64,000 bases of DNA from Candidatus Latescibacterota bacterium (GCA_965243025.1 CBDETY010000003.1:2208001-2272000); one strand, 5' to 3'; counted from the stretch's first letter, positions 9,311 through 18,748 are shown. Notes: a model not told the origin generated them from the sequence alone. A program made the numbers and translations.

Positions 9311-10309
9311 ATGAGCCCTTTTTCCATTGTCGAACGGGTCGAGGATCTGGCGTCGCTGCGGGCCGGTCCGGTGGAGCCGTTGCAGGCCGAGGACTTCCTG
9401 CTCACAGCGCCCTCCCGCCATCTCGCATTGCAGGACGCGACGGGCGGGTTGCTCGCCCGTTGTTCGCTGTGGAGGGCCCGCGACGCCCATGGCGAGCCGA
9501 CCACGGCCGGCCGGATAGGACACTATGCCGCTCTCGATGCCGGTGCCGGCAGGGCGCTGCTGGGACAGGCCTCGGACTGGCACCGGTCCGAGGGGTGTGA
9601 ACGGGTCATCGGTCCGATGGACGGCTCCACCTGGAACCGCTACCGAATGCTGACCGAGCGCGGGACGGAACCGGTTTTCTTCCTGGAGCCCGACAATCCC
9701 GACGACTGGCCCCGGCACTTCGCCGACGCCGGATTCGCGCCGCTGGCGACCTATGTCTCGGCGCTCAATTCAGACCTCGACCAGTTCGACCCGCGTTCCG
9801 ACCGGCGGCGGTCCGAACTCGAACGGAACGGCATCACCATCCGGACCATCGACGTCGAGCGCTTCGACGCCGACCTCGCCGCCATTCACGAGCTGTCGCT
9901 GGCGGCGTTCGCGGGCAATTTCCTCTACAGCCCCATCGCGCTCGAGACCTTCGTTGCCTCCTACACTCCGATCCGGCCCTGTCTCGTTCCCGAGCTCGTC
10001 CTTCTCGCGGAGCAGAGCGGGCAACCCGTCGGCTTCATCTTCGGCATCCCGGATCTCATGGAGCCGGCGCGAGGCGAGCCCCGGCGCACGGTGGTCCTCA
10101 AGTCGCTGGCGGTGCATCCGTCCTGCGCTGGAAACGGCCTCGGCGGTCTGCTGGTGGACGATTGTCAGCGGGCGGCGAGGAAGCTCGGGTTCGAGCGCGC
10201 CATTCACGCCCTGATGCACGAAAGCAACCTGTCGCGGAGGATTTCGGCTCGCTACGGAACCGTTATCCGCCGCTACACTCTCTACGAGAAATCGCTGGTC
10301 CGGGAATGA
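9311..10309 (+). CDS. GNAT-family N-acyltransferase (two-lobed type)
   Basis: RBS GAGGAG; GRIGHY, IGPMDGSTWNRYR, FFLEPDNP, and acetyl-CoA motif AVHPSCAGNGLGGLL. Confidence 0.8.
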   Translation: MSPFSIVERVEDLASLRAGPVEPLQAEDFLLTAPSRHLALQDATGGLLARCSLWRARDAHGEPTTAGRIGHYAALDAGAGRALLGQASDWHRSEGCERVIGPMDGSTWNRYRMLTERGTEPVFFLEPDNPDDWPRHFADAGFAPLATYVSALNSDLDQFDPRSDRRRSELERNGITIRTIDVERFDADLAAIHELSLAAFAGNFLYSPIALETFVASYTPIRPCLVPELVLLAEQSGQPVGFIFGIPDLMEPARGEPRRTVVLKSLAVHPSCAGNGLGGLLVDDCQRAARKLGFERAIHALMHESNLSRRISARYGTVIRRYTLYEKSLVRE

Positions 10310-11919
10310 ACATCAGCCAGGTCCTGATCGATCGGGCCGCCGAGCGGCCCGGGGAGCCCGCGATCGTCGAGGCGGTGGGAGGGGGGACGCGCTCCCTCAC
10401 CTTCGGTCAGATGGCGGAACGCTCGGCGAGAGCGGCCGCACTCCTGCACTCGGCCAAGCTCCACGAGGGGGATCGGATCCTCGTATTCCAGCCGATGTCC
10501 ATAGAGCTCTACGTCGTCCTCCTGGCGATCTTCCGTCTCGGCCTGGTGGCCACCGTGCTGGATCCCTCGGCCGGACGCCGGCACATCGAGCAGTGCTGCA
10601 GCATCGCCCGTCCAAGGGCGTTCGTCGGCCCCGCCCGGGCACACATCCTGCGGTTCGCCTGTCGAGGTCTGCGTCGCATCGAACGGCACTTCGCAACCGC
10701 GGGCTGGGCCCCTGGTGCGACCCGGTGGTCCAGGCTCGAACGCCTCGAGCCCCTGAAACCGGTCACCGCCTGCGATTCGTCGCACGACGCCCTTCTCACC
10801 TTTACCAGCGGCAGCACCGGAGTGCCGAAGGCGGTGGTCCGCAGCCACGGTTTCCTGCTGGCGCAGCACGAGGTCCTGGCCGAGTCCATCGAACTCGAGC
10901 CCGGCGAAGTCGACCTCGCCACGCTGCCGATCTTCGCGCTCGCCAATCTGGCCTCGGGCGTGACGACGGTCATACCACGGTGCGACCTCCGTCGTCCCGG
11001 TTTCGTGGAGCCGGCCCCGATTCTCGAGCAACTCAGGCGTCATCGCGTCACCCGGACCGCCGGATCCCCGGCGCTGTACGCCAGGCTGCTTCAGGGAGCT
11101 CGCGCCGCAGGGGAGGCAGGAAGCGAGAGCGGTGAGACGAGCCTCGGCACGCTCGAGAAGCTCTACACCGGCGGCGCTCCCGTCTTTCCCCGCCTCCTGC
11201 AGCAGCTCCGTTCGGCGATGCCGCAGGGCCGGGTGATCGCAGTCTACGGCTCGACCGAGGCAGAGCCCATCGCTCACCTCGATTGGGACGAGGCGGAACC
11301 CGCCGACCTGGACGCCATGTATGCCGGCAAAGGACTTCTGGCCGGAAGGCCGGTGCGCCAGATCGAGTTGCGCATTCTGGACAACCGCTGGGGGGAGGCT
11401 CTTCCGGAATTGAAGGCAAGGGAATTCGCCGAACGCGCGTTGCCTGCGGAGCGGGGCGGCGAGATCGTGGTGAACGGTCCCCATGTGCTCGCCGGCTACC
11501 TGGGCGGAATCGGCGACGAGGAAACCAAGTTCCTGGTCGAAGGGGAGGTCTGGCACCGCACCGGCGACGCCGGCTGCCTTGACGCCGCAGGCCGACTGTG
11601 GCTCCTGGGACGCGCCGGGGCGGTCATTCGGGACGAACGCGGCACGATCTATCCCTTCGCCACCGAGTGCGCGGCAAGCCAGCTGGCCTGGATCGAAAGG
11701 AGCGCTCTCGCCGGGCACAACGGCGAGCGTCTCCTGGCGGTGCAGCTGGGGGCACGGGCGCCTGCGGACGCGGAGCGGCGCGTGAAGAAGACCCTAAGCT
11801 GGGCACAACTCGACCGGGTCGTGCGGTTGGCGCGAATACCGGTCGACCGCCGCCACAACGCGAAAGTCGACTACCCCAAACTGAAGAAGGAACTCGAACG
11901 CCATGGCAACTGCCGATGA
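10306..11919 (+). CDS. ANL-superfamily adenylating enzyme (acyl-CoA ligase / OleC-like)
   Basis: ATG at 10306 (ATGA overlap); LTFTSGSTGVPK, VYGSTEAEPI, WHRTGDAG, PVDRRHNAKVDY. Confidence 0.88.
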   Translation: MNISQVLIDRAAERPGEPAIVEAVGGGTRSLTFGQMAERSARAAALLHSAKLHEGDRILVFQPMSIELYVVLLAIFRLGLVATVLDPSAGRRHIEQCCSIARPRAFVGPARAHILRFACRGLRRIERHFATAGWAPGATRWSRLERLEPLKPVTACDSSHDALLTFTSGSTGVPKAVVRSHGFLLAQHEVLAESIELEPGEVDLATLPIFALANLASGVTTVIPRCDLRRPGFVEPAPILEQLRRHRVTRTAGSPALYARLLQGARAAGEAGSESGETSLGTLEKLYTGGAPVFPRLLQQLRSAMPQGRVIAVYGSTEAEPIAHLDWDEAEPADLDAMYAGKGLLAGRPVRQIELRILDNRWGEALPELKAREFAERALPAERGGEIVVNGPHVLAGYLGGIGDEETKFLVEGEVWHRTGDAGCLDAAGRLWLLGRAGAVIRDERGTIYPFATECAASQLAWIERSALAGHNGERLLAVQLGARAPADAERRVKKTLSWAQLDRVVRLARIPVDRRHNAKVDYPKLKKELERHGNCR

Positions 11920-12062
11920 CAGCTGGACAAAAAAGGCTGTTCCTTGAGAGAGAGCGCTTGTGAAGCGGTTGGGGGAGGGCACGAGTTTTCAAGTGGGCAG
12001 GTGGAATCCAGGATTGGAGCTTTAGTCGATTTTTTATTTGGAGTCAGCCTCTGGGCCTGCTG

Positions 12063-12452
12063 ATGTGCAAAGGGGCCCGCAGTGCTGACCTGGAAGGAAA
12101 GGTGGCGATCTATCACTGGTCGATCGACCAGAAACGGATGAGCGAGAATCCCCGTACGGAAATTCCTGTGGTTGAATTCTCAGGACATATTCCGGAAACG
12201 GAGTTTCAGCCGTCCGGAATCGAGCGGCACCCTGCCTCGGGGAACTACTTCGTCGTGGCTGCCCGTCAGCGCGCCATAACCGAGATCACCCCCGACGGGC
12301 AGGTCCTGGCCGTCAGGCAGTTTTCCGCGCAATGGCATCGCCAAGTTGAAGGCATCACTTTCGCGGCGGACAACACCCTGATCGTTGCCGATGAAGGCGC
12401 GGGTGGAAAGGCCGGAATAACGGTTTACCCGATAAAGAAACCCGGCAAGTAG
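12063..12452 (+). pseudogene. C-terminal fragment of an SdiA-regulated/YjiK-like beta-propeller protein
   Basis: FQPSGIERHP...RQVEGITF..DNTLIVADEG pattern; no N-terminal half upstream; lower GC. Confidence 0.55.
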
Positions 12453-12551
12453 CTGTTTCAGGGCAGCTACTGGTCTGGGCGGTCCGGATGGGCGTTCAAG
12501 TGCGGGGCTCTTCGGCCGAACACCGATTGTAACGGCCGCTTATTTCGAGGA

Positions 12552-12855
12552 TTACTCCGGGCGAAGCTGCTGCAGGAAACCGTCGAGACCCTCGTCGAAA
12601 CGCTCGATGAGCTCCGGGACCTTGTCGGCGATCTCCCCGACCTTGAGGGGATCGAGGTCGGCGGTGTAAGCGTGGCGGAACAGGTGCCTGAAACGGCGCA
12701 GTTCGTCGAGAATTCCCGCGGTCTCAAGAGACAGCAGGGCGGGCCGGATGCCCTCGATCCGCAGCTTCATGCGCCGCAGCAGGCCGGTGTGGCAACTCTC
12801 CCCTTCAACCCGGTTCTCGAAGGTCCCGGCAACCTCTTCGAACAGCTGCTCGAAA
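12552..12855 (-). pseudogene. N-terminally deleted HEPN (HepT-like) RNase toxin
   Basis: The frame upstream of the ATG at 12770 reads FEQLFEEVAGTFENRVEGESCHTGLLRRM...; Rx4H motif in RFRHLFRHAY; no proper start or N-terminal helices. Confidence 0.7.
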
Positions 12856-13185
12856 GACTTCCAGCCCCGCTTCGGTGAACGAATCGGCCGCGGGATGGCG
12901 GTCGAGGTCGATGACGTCGACCTGCCTGGCGGTCGCCTCCTCCAAGTCCTTCATCACCTCCAGAACGGCATGCGAACAGCCCCGGACAGCGACGTCGACG
13001 TCCGATGAGCTGCGCCATGCCCCCGGCGTCTTGAGTGAACCGACGATCCAGGCGGCCTCGATTCCATGCTTGCGGCGGATCCGCCTCAAAACCTCCTGCA
13101 CCCGTTCGAGCAGCGCGCCGCGCTCCTGCTCCAGCTTCAACCGCCGGCTCCTGAGGGCCTCGTCCAGTCTGCTCGTGTCGAACAT
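12805..13185 (-). CDS. Minimal nucleotidyltransferase (MNT) antitoxin, with a read-through C-terminus
   Basis: RBS GGAGG; IVGS...SSSDVDVAV...QVDVIDL motif. Confidence 0.8.
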   Translation of the reverse strand: MFDTSRLDEALRSRRLKLEQERGALLERVQEVLRRIRRKHGIEAAWIVGSLKTPGAWRSSSDVDVAVRGCSHAVLEVMKDLEEATARQVDVIDLDRHPAADSFTEAGLEVFRAAVRRGCRDLREPG

Positions 13186-13254
13186 GGAACCTCCGGCAGA
13201 TGAGCTTACATCAATATCAATAAGGTACGGGGAATGCGGGTACTCCCGCGATGC

Positions 13255-14871
13255 TCACGCATCGAGCACGCCGATGGTCGGTCCGAAGCTGTCCTGGTAA
13301 GCCTGGGCGTCGAGGCGGCAATCGATCAGGGTAGTGACGTCCGCAGCGAGGGCCGCTTTCAGCGCCTCCCGGAACCCCTCGGGGGTATCGACGGTCGCCC
13401 CGGCCAGGCCGCACGCCCTCGCCACCTGGGCGTAATCGACCCTCTGCAGCTGCAACTTGTACTCCGGCATCCCGCGCGCCTTCTGCCGCCACCTCATGGT
13501 TCCGAGGGCGTCGTCGTTGAGGATAACCAGGGGCGCCGCCACCCCGGCGCGCGCCAGGGTCTCCAGCTCGCCGAGCCGCATCAGCAGGCTGCCGTCGGCT
13601 CCCAGCCCCAGCATCGGGGTTTCCGGAGCCGCCAGTTTGGCACCGAGCAACGCCGGGATCGTCAGCCCCATGGTGCGGCCGCCGCTGGTGCCGCGGTAGC
13701 TCGCCGGATCGTCGACCTTCCACATGTGCTCGAGAATGGTGATGTAGATCCCGGTCTCCGAGAACAGCACCCCTCCCGAAGGCATCAGCTCCCCGGCGAT
13801 CTCGATGACGTCCTGCGCCGCCAGGCGCGCCTGCGGGGGCCGCGCGAAGTGCGGCTTCACCGCGGCGTCGATCGCGGCCAGCTCAGCCTCTGAGAAGCCC
13901 TCCCCCGCCGCCGTCAACTGTTCGATGGATGCCTTCAGGTCGCCGTCCACCCGCACTTCCGGGTCGGCGGTGAACGACAGGTGTTCGGGCCGCGCCACCA
14001 GCTCGCAGACCGGCAGCGGGGTGCTCAAGGGCACGTGCGCCATCATCGCGTCCGCGCCGGCGAAGAGCACGGCGTCGGCGCGCTGGAGCACCTCCATCTC
14101 GACGGTGTTGTCCACCCAGCTCCCGGTCATCACTCCGGCCCAGCGGGCGTGGGACTCGGGGAAGGCGCCGCGTCCGTCCATGGTCGACAACACCACTCCC
14201 CCAATGCGCTCGACGAGCTCGACCAGCTCAGGGGTGGCCCCGGCCCGGGTCACGTCGGCGCCGGCGACCACCGCCGGCTTCACCGAGCCTTCGAGAAAGG
14301 CGCGCGCCGCCTCGACGGAAGCCGCAGGCGCAGGGCTGTCGATACTGGCCGGAAGGGGCGGCAGCGATCCCCCGCAGTCCGCGTCGCCGAGGTCGGACGG
14401 CAGGTCGAGGAGCACCGGTCCGGGACGGCCGTCGAGGGCCCGGAACCAGGCCTCCCGCAGCATCTCCGGGGCGGCCCCGGGGCTCAAGGTGCCGCTGTAC
14501 TTGATCACCGAGCCGAACAGCTCCTCGTGGGCGCAATGCTGCACGAGGCCTCCCCGGGTCACCGTCGAGGAGGCGGACTCGCACAGGCAGACGACCGGCG
14601 CCCTCTCGAAATGGGCGTTGACCGCGCCGCCGGCTAGGTTCCCCGCGCCGACCCCCTTCACCGACAGCGCCAGGCCCGCGGTATCCTTCATCAGGCCGTT
14701 GTACGCCCCGGCTATCGCCGCGGTCGACTCGTGCGCCACCGAGACGAACTCGACCCCGAGCCGGCGGCCGTACTCCATCAGGTCGAGAGGACAGCCGCCC
14801 CCGGGAATCCCGAAGAAGTGGCGAATCCCCCTCTCCCGCGCTTCGCTTATGATCAGTTCCGCCAGTTTCAC
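13255..14871 (-). CDS. Thiamine diphosphate-dependent enzyme (acetolactate synthase-like family)
   Basis: FFGIPGG, AHESTAA, RPGPVLLDLP, TPP motif GADGSLLM...ILNDDALG. Confidence 0.85.
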   Translation of the reverse strand: MKLAELIISEARERGIRHFFGIPGGGCPLDLMEYGRRLGVEFVSVAHESTAAIAGAYNGLMKDTAGLALSVKGVGAGNLAGGAVNAHFERAPVVCLCESASSTVTRGGLVQHCAHEELFGSVIKYSGTLSPGAAPEMLREAWFRALDGRPGPVLLDLPSDLGDADCGGSLPPLPASIDSPAPAASVEAARAFLEGSVKPAVVAGADVTRAGATPELVELVERIGGVVLSTMDGRGAFPESHARWAGVMTGSWVDNTVEMEVLQRADAVLFAGADAMMAHVPLSTPLPVCELVARPEHLSFTADPEVRVDGDLKASIEQLTAAGEGFSEAELAAIDAAVKPHFARPPQARLAAQDVIEIAGELMPSGGVLFSETGIYITILEHMWKVDDPASYRGTSGGRTMGLTIPALLGAKLAAPETPMLGLGADGSLLMRLGELETLARAGVAAPLVILNDDALGTMRWRQKARGMPEYKLQLQRVDYAQVARACGLAGATVDTPEGFREALKAALAADVTTLIDCRLDAQAYQDSFGPTIGVLDA

Positions 14872-15002
14872 GGCTGCTCGGACCTCCTGTCTTCCGGATT
14901 CTTGAGTATCCCCCGGGGAACCGGTAGGTTCGCCCCGCCGCCCCCGGCCGGAGGCGGATGGCAGAATGTAGGACCGATACCTGGGGGATGTAACCTTTGG
15001 CG

Positions 15003-15605
15003 ATGGACCGGAACTCCCGGAGGTTGTGGGTAGGCAACGATGTCGTCTACCGGCACGATCCCCACATAGCCGCCCACCACCTCAAGCGGCGTTTCGTCGA
15101 CCGGGTCTGCAGCCCCGGAGAGGCCGAACGCGTGCGCGCGAGCCGGGAGCCCGGCCTCCTGCTGTGGTCGCTGTGGGCGGCCAAGGAGGCCGCGTACAAG
15201 GCGGTCGTCAAGCTGCGGCCCGGGACCCCGTTCGCGCACCGGCGCTTCGTCGTCGCCGAGACCCTGGCAGGAGTCCGCTACGAAAATCTGCTGCTGTCTC
15301 TCGAGGTGGAGGGGAACGAGGAGTGGGTGCACGCCGTCGCCTGCACCGGGGAGACCGCCGTCCTGTGGTCAGTGGAGCGGATGGAAGACGGGGCGGACCA
15401 GAAGGTAGCGGTCCGCGCCCTCGCCCTCGAAGCGGTGGCGGCGCGTTTCGACCTGCCGCGAGACCGCCTCGAGATCGTCCGCCCCCCGAATGCCCGGGGC
15501 CGCCCCGGCCCTCCGCAGCTGCTCGTGGACGGCCTGGCGACTGGAGTCGACATCAGCCTGTCGCACGACGGCCCGTTCGTCGCCTGTGCCGCAGTCCGCA
15601 GCTAG
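15003..15605 (+). CDS. 4'-phosphopantetheinyl transferase
   Basis: VGNDVV, WSLWAAKEAAYKA and DISLSHDG motifs; adjacent to the ACP cluster. Confidence 0.85.
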   Translation: MDRNSRRLWVGNDVVYRHDPHIAAHHLKRRFVDRVCSPGEAERVRASREPGLLLWSLWAAKEAAYKAVVKLRPGTPFAHRRFVVAETLAGVRYENLLLSLEVEGNEEWVHAVACTGETAVLWSVERMEDGADQKVAVRALALEAVAARFDLPRDRLEIVRPPNARGRPGPPQLLVDGLATGVDISLSHDGPFVACAAVRS

Positions 15606-15750
15606 CAACTGCGCCCCGGTTCCATCTGAATCCGGCCTTCGGGTGCATCCTGAGGAGTCGCGGATTCAATCCATGCCGGGTCATCCGTAAGATCTTCCCT
15701 CGATTCCGGCACGCGGCTGCCAAGGTTTCTCCGATTTGGCGGGAAGCCCC

Positions 15751-16572
15751 TCAGGCCCGGGTCAGCCGCTCCCGCTCGCGGCGCTCGATCTCGCCGAGCC
15801 GGGCCACCGCGTCGAGGACCTTGCGCCCGACCTTCACCTGGTTGCGGAACAGCCTCGGGTCGACCCCGTCGAACTCCGAGGTGTCGACCGGGTCCCCGTA
15901 CACGACGATCACCGGCCTGCGCCCCCGCAGGTTGAGGCGCACCTCCTCGGCCGGACTGTCGCTCAGGCCGTTGACGAAGATCGGGATGACGATGGGGCGG
16001 GCGTGCAGGACGACGCGGCCGAACCCCGGCTCGGCCGGCAGCAGCTCGTAGGGATCGTCGTTCTTGTTGCGCGTCCCCTCCGGGTGGATGCCGACCAGGG
16101 CGCGCGGCGACTTCAGGCGCTCGGCGAGGAAGTCGAGCCCGGCGCGCGTCACCCCCCGCTTGTGGCGCGGCCGGAAGATCGGCGGGAACATCGACATGGT
16201 GCTGAACAGCAGGTTGGCGAGGATCCCGGGGACCGTGTCGTAGAGGAATCCGGAGCGCACCGGAAAGAAGAACTGGTTCCAGTGCACGACGTGCCGGTAC
16301 AGGTAGGTGGCGATGATGTACTGGTCGAAATAGGTGCGGTGGTTGGAGGCGATCAGGACGCCCCGGTCCGGGCGCAGGGCCGCCATCCTGTCCATGCCGA
16401 CGAGGTGGATGCGCCGGCTGGTCAGCAGGGTGACGAAGTGGCGGTGGACGTTCTTGTTGATCCAGTGGGTGGCGGTGCGTGCGCGCGGGGATTCGTTGAT
16501 CCAGCTGGCGAACGCCAGCGCGGTGCGCTCAACCCGGGTGAGGTTCGCCAGATCCTCGGGGGGAATCTCCAT
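15751..16572 (-). CDS. PlsC-like lysophospholipid acyltransferase
   Basis: Catalytic SNHRTYFD (NHx4D) and HPEGTRN motifs. Confidence 0.88.
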   Translation of the reverse strand: MEIPPEDLANLTRVERTALAFASWINESPRARTATHWINKNVHRHFVTLLTSRRIHLVGMDRMAALRPDRGVLIASNHRTYFDQYIIATYLYRHVVHWNQFFFPVRSGFLYDTVPGILANLLFSTMSMFPPIFRPRHKRGVTRAGLDFLAERLKSPRALVGIHPEGTRNKNDDPYELLPAEPGFGRVVLHARPIVIPIFVNGLSDSPAEEVRLNLRGRRPVIVVYGDPVDTSEFDGVDPRLFRNQVKVGRKVLDAVARLGEIERRERERLTRA

Positions 16573-16630
16573 GTAGTCACGGGTGAACGGGGGGTAGGGC
16601 CGGCGGGGCCCGCCTTGGCGGCCTCGGGGA

Positions 16631-16876
16631 TCAGCCGGTCGCGGCGATCAGGTTGACGGCATCCCCTACGGTGGTCACCTGGTCGGCGTCGTCGTCGGAG
16701 ATCTCGATGTCGAAACCGTCCTCGATTTCGAGCACGATGTCTACCAGTCTCGCGGAGTTGACCTCGAGGTCCTCCTGGATCGAGGTCTCCATGGAGACGT
16801 TCGAGAGCGCCTCCTCGTTCTTGGCGAAGGGAGTGAGGATCTCGACGATCTTTTTGAAGACTTCCTGCGTGTCCAT
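16631..16876 (-). CDS. acpP: Acyl carrier protein (81 aa, NS-type attachment motif)
   Basis: Acidic 81-aa protein MDTQEVFKKIVEIL...EDLEVNSARLVDIVLEIEDGFDIEISDDDA..TVGDAV. Confidence 0.9.
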   Translation of the reverse strand: MDTQEVFKKIVEILTPFAKNEEALSNVSMETSIQEDLEVNSARLVDIVLEIEDGFDIEISDDDADQVTTVGDAVNLIAATG

Positions 16877-16912
16877 TGCTGCGATCCTTTGTGCGTTCTG
16901 TTGGCGGCGACG

Positions 16913-16963
16913 GCCGGCCCCGTTGCGGAGCGGATCCGCTCCTGCATGACCGCAGGGGCCGGC
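16913..16963. repeat. Intergenic hairpin with an internal perfect 16-bp palindrome
   Basis: GCCGGCCCC (16913-21) pairs with GGGGCCGGC (16955-63); GGAGCGGATCCGCTCC (16927-42) is self-complementary. Confidence 0.6.
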
Positions 16964-17022
16964 ATCCCGGCGATTTCCCGGCCCGGACCGGGCGGTAATC
17001 TGCCCCGGACCGATAGATAAAG

Positions 17023-18303
17023 TTACGCGATTTTCCTGAAAATCACACAGCCGTTCACGTCCCCGAAGCCGAAGCTCGCCTTGGCGACCGCCTTCAGGCC
17101 GGGAAGGTCGACGCACTCGTGGGGTATGCGGCCGGAGTAGGCTTCGAGGTCGGGGTGCAGGTCTTCGCAGTTGATGGAGGGATGGACGAAACCGTGGTGG
17201 AGCTCGAGGACGGAGGCGACGCACTCGATGCCCCCGGCGGCCCCGAGGGCGTGCCCTATCAGCGACTTGGTCGAGTGTATGTACGGCATTTCCGCGGGGT
17301 CGATCCGCAGCGCCCGGGACCAGTTCACGACCTCGTGCGGGTCGGCGAAAGTGGCGGTGAGGTGGCCGTTGATCGCCCCGATCTCGCCGGGGTCGAGCCC
17401 GGACATCTCCAGGGCCCCGCGCAGGCAGCGCTCGATGCTGTTCGGGTTGGGGGCGGTCATGCTGCCCCCCTGGCGGTGGCCGCCGCAGTTGAGGAAGACG
17501 CCCGCCACTTCGGCGTAGATGCGGGCGCCGCGCTCCCGGGCGGTCTCCATATCCTCGAGCATCAGCATGCCGGCGCCGGACCCGGGGATGAAGCCGGCGG
17601 CGCTGGCGCTCATCGGCCGCGACGCCGCCTCCGGGTCGTCGTTGCTGTTGCGGTTGAGCACGCGCATGGCGTCGAACCCGGCCCATATGTAGTGGCTGTG
17701 GCCCTCCGAGCCTCCGGCGAGCATGCGCTTGGCCAGCCCGTCCCTTATGCGCTGGCAGGCCTGCACGACCGCCTCGGTGCCGGTGTTGCAGGCGCTCGAG
17801 TTGGTGCTCACCTGGTTTCCGAGGCCGAGCTTGCCGGCGATGCGGGCGCTGTTGCCGCTCGACATGATCTGCTCGACCATGGTGCTTCCGAGCCGCCTCA
17901 CCCTCCCCGCCTGCGTCTTCGGCGCCAGGGTCTCGGCGATGGTGTCGATCCCCCCGATCCCGGTGCCGATGATGCCCCCGGTGTCCCAGTCGGGCTCTTC
18001 GCCGTCCCCCCGCATCTCAAGGCCGGCGTCCCTCCAGGCGTCGATGGAAGCGATCGCCGCGTACACCATGTTGGCGTTCATCGCGAACAGCTCCTCCTCG
18101 CTGAGGTAGTCCGACTGCAGCTCCTCGACGCCGTCGGGGATGCCGCCGACCTGGCAGCCGAACTTCAACTCGGCGAGCTGCTCGTGGAAGGCGATGCCGC
18201 TGCGGCCCCGGCGCAGGGCCCCGGCGAACTGCTCGAGGCCGTGGCCGTTGGGAGCCAGCACTCCCAGGCCGGTCACGGCGACCCTGACGTCATTCCCGTT
18301 CAC
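17023..18303 (-). CDS. fabF: Beta-ketoacyl-ACP synthase (FabF/FabB type)
   Basis: VAVTGLG, SSACNTG (Cys), INGHLTAT and KSLIGHALGAAG (His-His), SFGFG. Confidence 0.88.
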   Translation of the reverse strand: MNGNDVRVAVTGLGVLAPNGHGLEQFAGALRRGRSGIAFHEQLAELKFGCQVGGIPDGVEELQSDYLSEEELFAMNANMVYAAIASIDAWRDAGLEMRGDGEEPDWDTGGIIGTGIGGIDTIAETLAPKTQAGRVRRLGSTMVEQIMSSGNSARIAGKLGLGNQVSTNSSACNTGTEAVVQACQRIRDGLAKRMLAGGSEGHSHYIWAGFDAMRVLNRNSNDDPEAASRPMSASAAGFIPGSGAGMLMLEDMETARERGARIYAEVAGVFLNCGGHRQGGSMTAPNPNSIERCLRGALEMSGLDPGEIGAINGHLTATFADPHEVVNWSRALRIDPAEMPYIHSTKSLIGHALGAAGGIECVASVLELHHGFVHPSINCEDLHPDLEAYSGRIPHECVDLPGLKAVAKASFGFGDVNGCVIFRKIA

Positions 18304-18748
18304 GCGGCACTCCCATTCCCGAAACGGTCCCGCCGGCGACCCAGGTGCCGTCGGCGAGCCTCAGCTCGACTTTCGATTTCAGTTTCCGGCGCCTCCAGAA
18401 CAGCTTCTGGGCGGTGACCCGCACCGTGGCCCCCGGGGGGACGACCTGGCCGAACTCCACCTCGGCGTCGGTGAACAGGGTGATGGTCCCGGCGACCTCC
18501 TCCTCGGGGACCTCCATGCCGAGAAGGTGGATCCCGAGGGCGACCAGCCCGGTCTGGCACATCGCCTCGATCAGGATCACCCCGGGGGTCACCGGGTTTC
18601 CGGGGAAGTGCCCCTCGTAGAAGGTCTCGTCCTCGCGGAAGGTGTACTCGCCGACCGCGGTCGACTCGCCGAGCTCGACGATGCGGTCGATGAAGCGGAA
18701 CGGCCGCTGCTGCGGGATCAGGGCGAGCACCTGCTCCGGGGTCAGCAT
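18290..18748 (-). CDS. fabZ: 3-hydroxyacyl-ACP dehydratase FabZ
   Basis: ATG at 18748; IPQQRPFRFID, GHFPGNPVTPGVILIEAM (His/Glu dyad). Confidence 0.88.
   Translation of the reverse strand: MLTPEQVLALIPQQRPFRFIDRIVELGESTAVGEYTFREDETFYEGHFPGNPVTPGVILIEAMCQTGLVALGIHLLGMEVPEEEVAGTITLFTDAEVEFGQVVPPGATVRVTAQKLFWRRRKLKSKVELRLADGTWVAGGTVSGMGVPRERE

Noticed and set aside
10306-11919. Olefin biosynthesis (oleC) or NRPS
   Set aside because: No oleA/B/D genes and no condensation or carrier domains nearby.
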